Part shown: piece by piece, positions 57,044 through 58,770 of the stretch
Layout of the letters: the number at the start of each line of letters is the position of its first letter
How positions within the stretch are numbered: position 1 is the stretch's first letter
DNA from: an uncultured Polaribacter sp.
Lineage (GTDB): Bacteria; Bacteroidota; Bacteroidia; Flavobacteriales; Flavobacteriaceae
Reading direction: 5' to 3'
NCBI GenBank assembly: GCA_964343335.1
Contig: CAYFJL010000001.1
Coordinates: 1-58,770 of the forward strand
Length of the DNA: 58,770 nt
Position numbers and translations under genes: made by a program
Notes under the pieces: generated by a model
What the model was told of the DNA's origin: nothing
What the model saw: the letters and a program-made list of their open reading frames with translations, nothing else
Databases searched by the model: none

Positions 57044-58715
57044 TATTTTTAAGCCATTTGCGAAGCAATCAAAAGGGCAGTCGATAAATACTGATGGAAA
57101 AGCAGTAATCTACACAAGGGTATCGACCAAAGAACAAGCTGAAAACAATGCCAGTTTAGAAACTCAAAAGAAGTATTGTTTAGAATTCGCAAAGCGGAAA
57201 AATATTGAAGTGATTGAGTATTTCGGTGGAACCTACGAATCTGCCAAAAGCGATGAAAGAAAGCAATTTCAGAAGATGCTGACTTTCGTTAAAAGAAGAA
57301 AAGACATTTCTTATATCATCGTATATTCTTACGATAGATTTTCTAGAACTGGAGCAAATGGAGCTTATATCAGTGACACATTAAAGCAGCAGGGAATTGT
57401 AACACTTTCAGCTACTCAGGAAGTGGATGCCATGACCGCAGCAGGATCCTTTCAACAAAACCTATACTACATGTTCAGTCAATTCGATAATGAATTGAGA
57501 AGAGACAAGTCGGTATCAGGAATGCGTGAAAAACTTAGAAAAGGATATTGGATCGGAACTATTCCATTTGGCTACACCAACCTCAATCCGGGCAAAGGAA
57601 AAGAACAGGATATAGTTATCAATGAAGAAGGAGAACTATTAAGACATGCCTTTATATGGAAGGCAAACGAAGATATAACCCATAATGAAATCTCCGATCG
57701 ATTAGCAAAGAAGGGATTGAAAGTAACAGCCAAGAAATTGAGCGACCTTTTTAGAAACCCATTCTATTGTGGTTTAGTAGTAAGCTCTCATATCCCCGGA
57801 GAAGTAGTGGAAGGCAAACATGAGGGCTTAGTGTCGAAAGAAATATTTTTGAAGATCCACAAACTATTAAACAAGCGTGGATATGGAGAGAAACGCAATG
57901 CAGATTGCGAACACCTTCCTTTAAAGCAATTCGTTCGTTCAGCAGATTGTGACACACCTTACACAGGCTATTTGGTTAGAAAGAAAGGTTTATACTATTA
58001 CAAGAACAACCGAATCGGAGCAAAAGAAAATAGAAGTGCCAAAGTGATGCACGAGAAGTTTACAGACCTTTTGAAGAACTATCAAATTCAAGATAAGAAA
58101 TACATCGCCCCGATGAAGGAGATTATGTATTACACTTTCAAGGCTGAACATGAAGCAAAAATTCAAGAGACCGCAGTACAACAAAAACAGATATTAGAAC
58201 TTGCGACCAAGCTAGAAAGATTGGAAGAGCGATACGTTTTTGAGGAAATATCACAAGGTCAATACGAGAAGTTCAAGCAAAGACTGGAAGCTGAGAAGTA
58301 CGAAATTGAGGAAAGTTTGTATAGCAACGGTTTTAATTTATCGAACCTTGAAAAAGCCATTGATTTATCATTGAAATATTCCCTAAAACTCCCTGAATTG
58401 TGGGGTTCTGGCGATTTAGAGGTAAAGAGAAGTATTCAAAAAATGGTGTTTCCGGAAGGGATTCTGTATGACTTCAAAAATGACGATTATCGAACCACAA
58501 GAATAAATTCAATTTTCAGCGTAATCCCTTCATTATCAGTAAAAAGCAAGCATAAAAAAAACGGGAATAAAACTGAAAATTCAGATTATTCCCGTTTAGT
58601 ACTCGGGACGGGACTTGAACCCGTACGGACGCAATGTCCATTGGATTTTAAGTCCAACGTGTCTACCAATTCCACCACCCGAGCATTTTATCGGACCGAT
58701 AAAAATATTCAGTGA
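57030..58715 (+). CDS. Large serine recombinase (integrase)
   Basis: YTRVSTKEQ catalytic Ser, DRFSR, PFGY, NPFYCG and a coiled coil. The 3' end crosses att and runs antisense through the tRNA. Confidence 0.95.
   Translation: MKNLDIFKPFAKQSKGQSINTDGKAVIYTRVSTKEQAENNASLETQKKYCLEFAKRKNIEVIEYFGGTYESAKSDERKQFQKMLTFVKRRKDISYIIVYSYDRFSRTGANGAYISDTLKQQGIVTLSATQEVDAMTAAGSFQQNLYYMFSQFDNELRRDKSVSGMREKLRKGYWIGTIPFGYTNLNPGKGKEQDIVINEEGELLRHAFIWKANEDITHNEISDRLAKKGLKVTAKKLSDLFRNPFYCGLVVSSHIPGEVVEGKHEGLVSKEIFLKIHKLLNKRGYGEKRNADCEHLPLKQFVRSADCDTPYTGYLVRKKGLYYYKNNRIGAKENRSAKVMHEKFTDLLKNYQIQDKKYIAPMKEIMYYTFKAEHEAKIQETAVQQKQILELATKLERLEERYVFEEISQGQYEKFKQRLEAEKYEIEESLYSNGFNLSNLEKAIDLSLKYSLKLPELWGSGDLEVKRSIQKMVFPEGILYDFKNDDYRTTRINSIFSVIPSLSVKSKHKKNGNKTENSDYSRLVLGTGLEPVRTQCPLDFKSNVSTNSTTRAFYRTDKNIQ
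58553..58597 (-). terminator. Element-supplied terminator for tRNA-Leu
   Basis: AAACGGGAATAA...TTATTCCCGTTT stem followed by a T-run on the minus strand. Confidence 0.7.
58595..58602. repeat. att core, right copy (TTTAGTAC)
   Basis: Identical to 280-287. Confidence 0.8.
58600..58684 (-). tRNA. trnL: tRNA-Leu (anticodon TAA), CCA not encoded
   Basis: GCTCGGG/CCCGAGT acceptor stem, TTGGA-CTTAAAA-TCCAA anticodon arm, long variable arm, GTTCAA T-loop. Confidence 0.95.
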
Positions 58716-58770
58716 GCGGGAGACGGGATTATTATAAAATGATCCCTTTCCCTCACTTCGAGCGGGAGAC
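58714..58770 (-). repeat. Duplicated tRNA-Gly-like 3' end (GAGCGGGAGAC x2)
   Basis: Copies at 58714-58724 and 58760-58770. The reverse complement resembles a tRNA-Gly acceptor/T stem. The second copy is cut by the window edge. Confidence 0.5.

Larger units (their letters stand above)
280..58602. mobile_element. Complete integrated element (putative provirus) inserted at the tRNA-Leu 3' end
   Basis: TTTAGTAC direct repeats at both ends, serine recombinase abutting the tRNA, and regulatory, replication, lysis and structural-like modules inside. Joining the flanks restores tRNA plus terminator. Confidence 0.85.

Overview
The window is almost entirely one ~58.3 kb element integrated at the 3' end of a tRNA-Leu(TAA) gene, bounded by 8-bp TTTAGTAC direct repeats at 280-287 and 58595-58602. 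The host is probably Bacteroidota, judging by TAnnTTTG promoter motifs and protein types. From right to left it carries: (1) a large serine recombinase, a CI/Cro-like switch and a wHTH replication-initiator-like gene; (2) an integron-like locus, with a Xer-like tyrosine recombinase lacking the IntI insertion, an attI-like site and two attC-bounded cassettes, one a 6.2 kb six-gene TetR/ABC-transporter unit; (3) a DarB-like methyltransferase/SF2-helicase operon ending in an FtsK/HerA (A32-like) ATPase; (4) a 17 kb defence island with AbiE, nucleases and type I R-M, with CD-NTase/SLATT and an inactive long Argonaute plus membrane protein nested between hsdS and hsdR; (5) a 14 kb virion/lysis-like operon. 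That operon has about 19 small membrane-anchored proteins, two endolysins, a fibre, a metalloprotease and a candidate beta-rich capsid protein whose paralogue carries an inserted beta-propeller. I recognised no terminase, portal, HK97 capsid, tail or conjugation genes. The best hypothesis is an intact provirus of a tailless, membrane-containing virus that has captured an integron-like cassette system. All assignments come from reading motifs by eye; no database searches were run.
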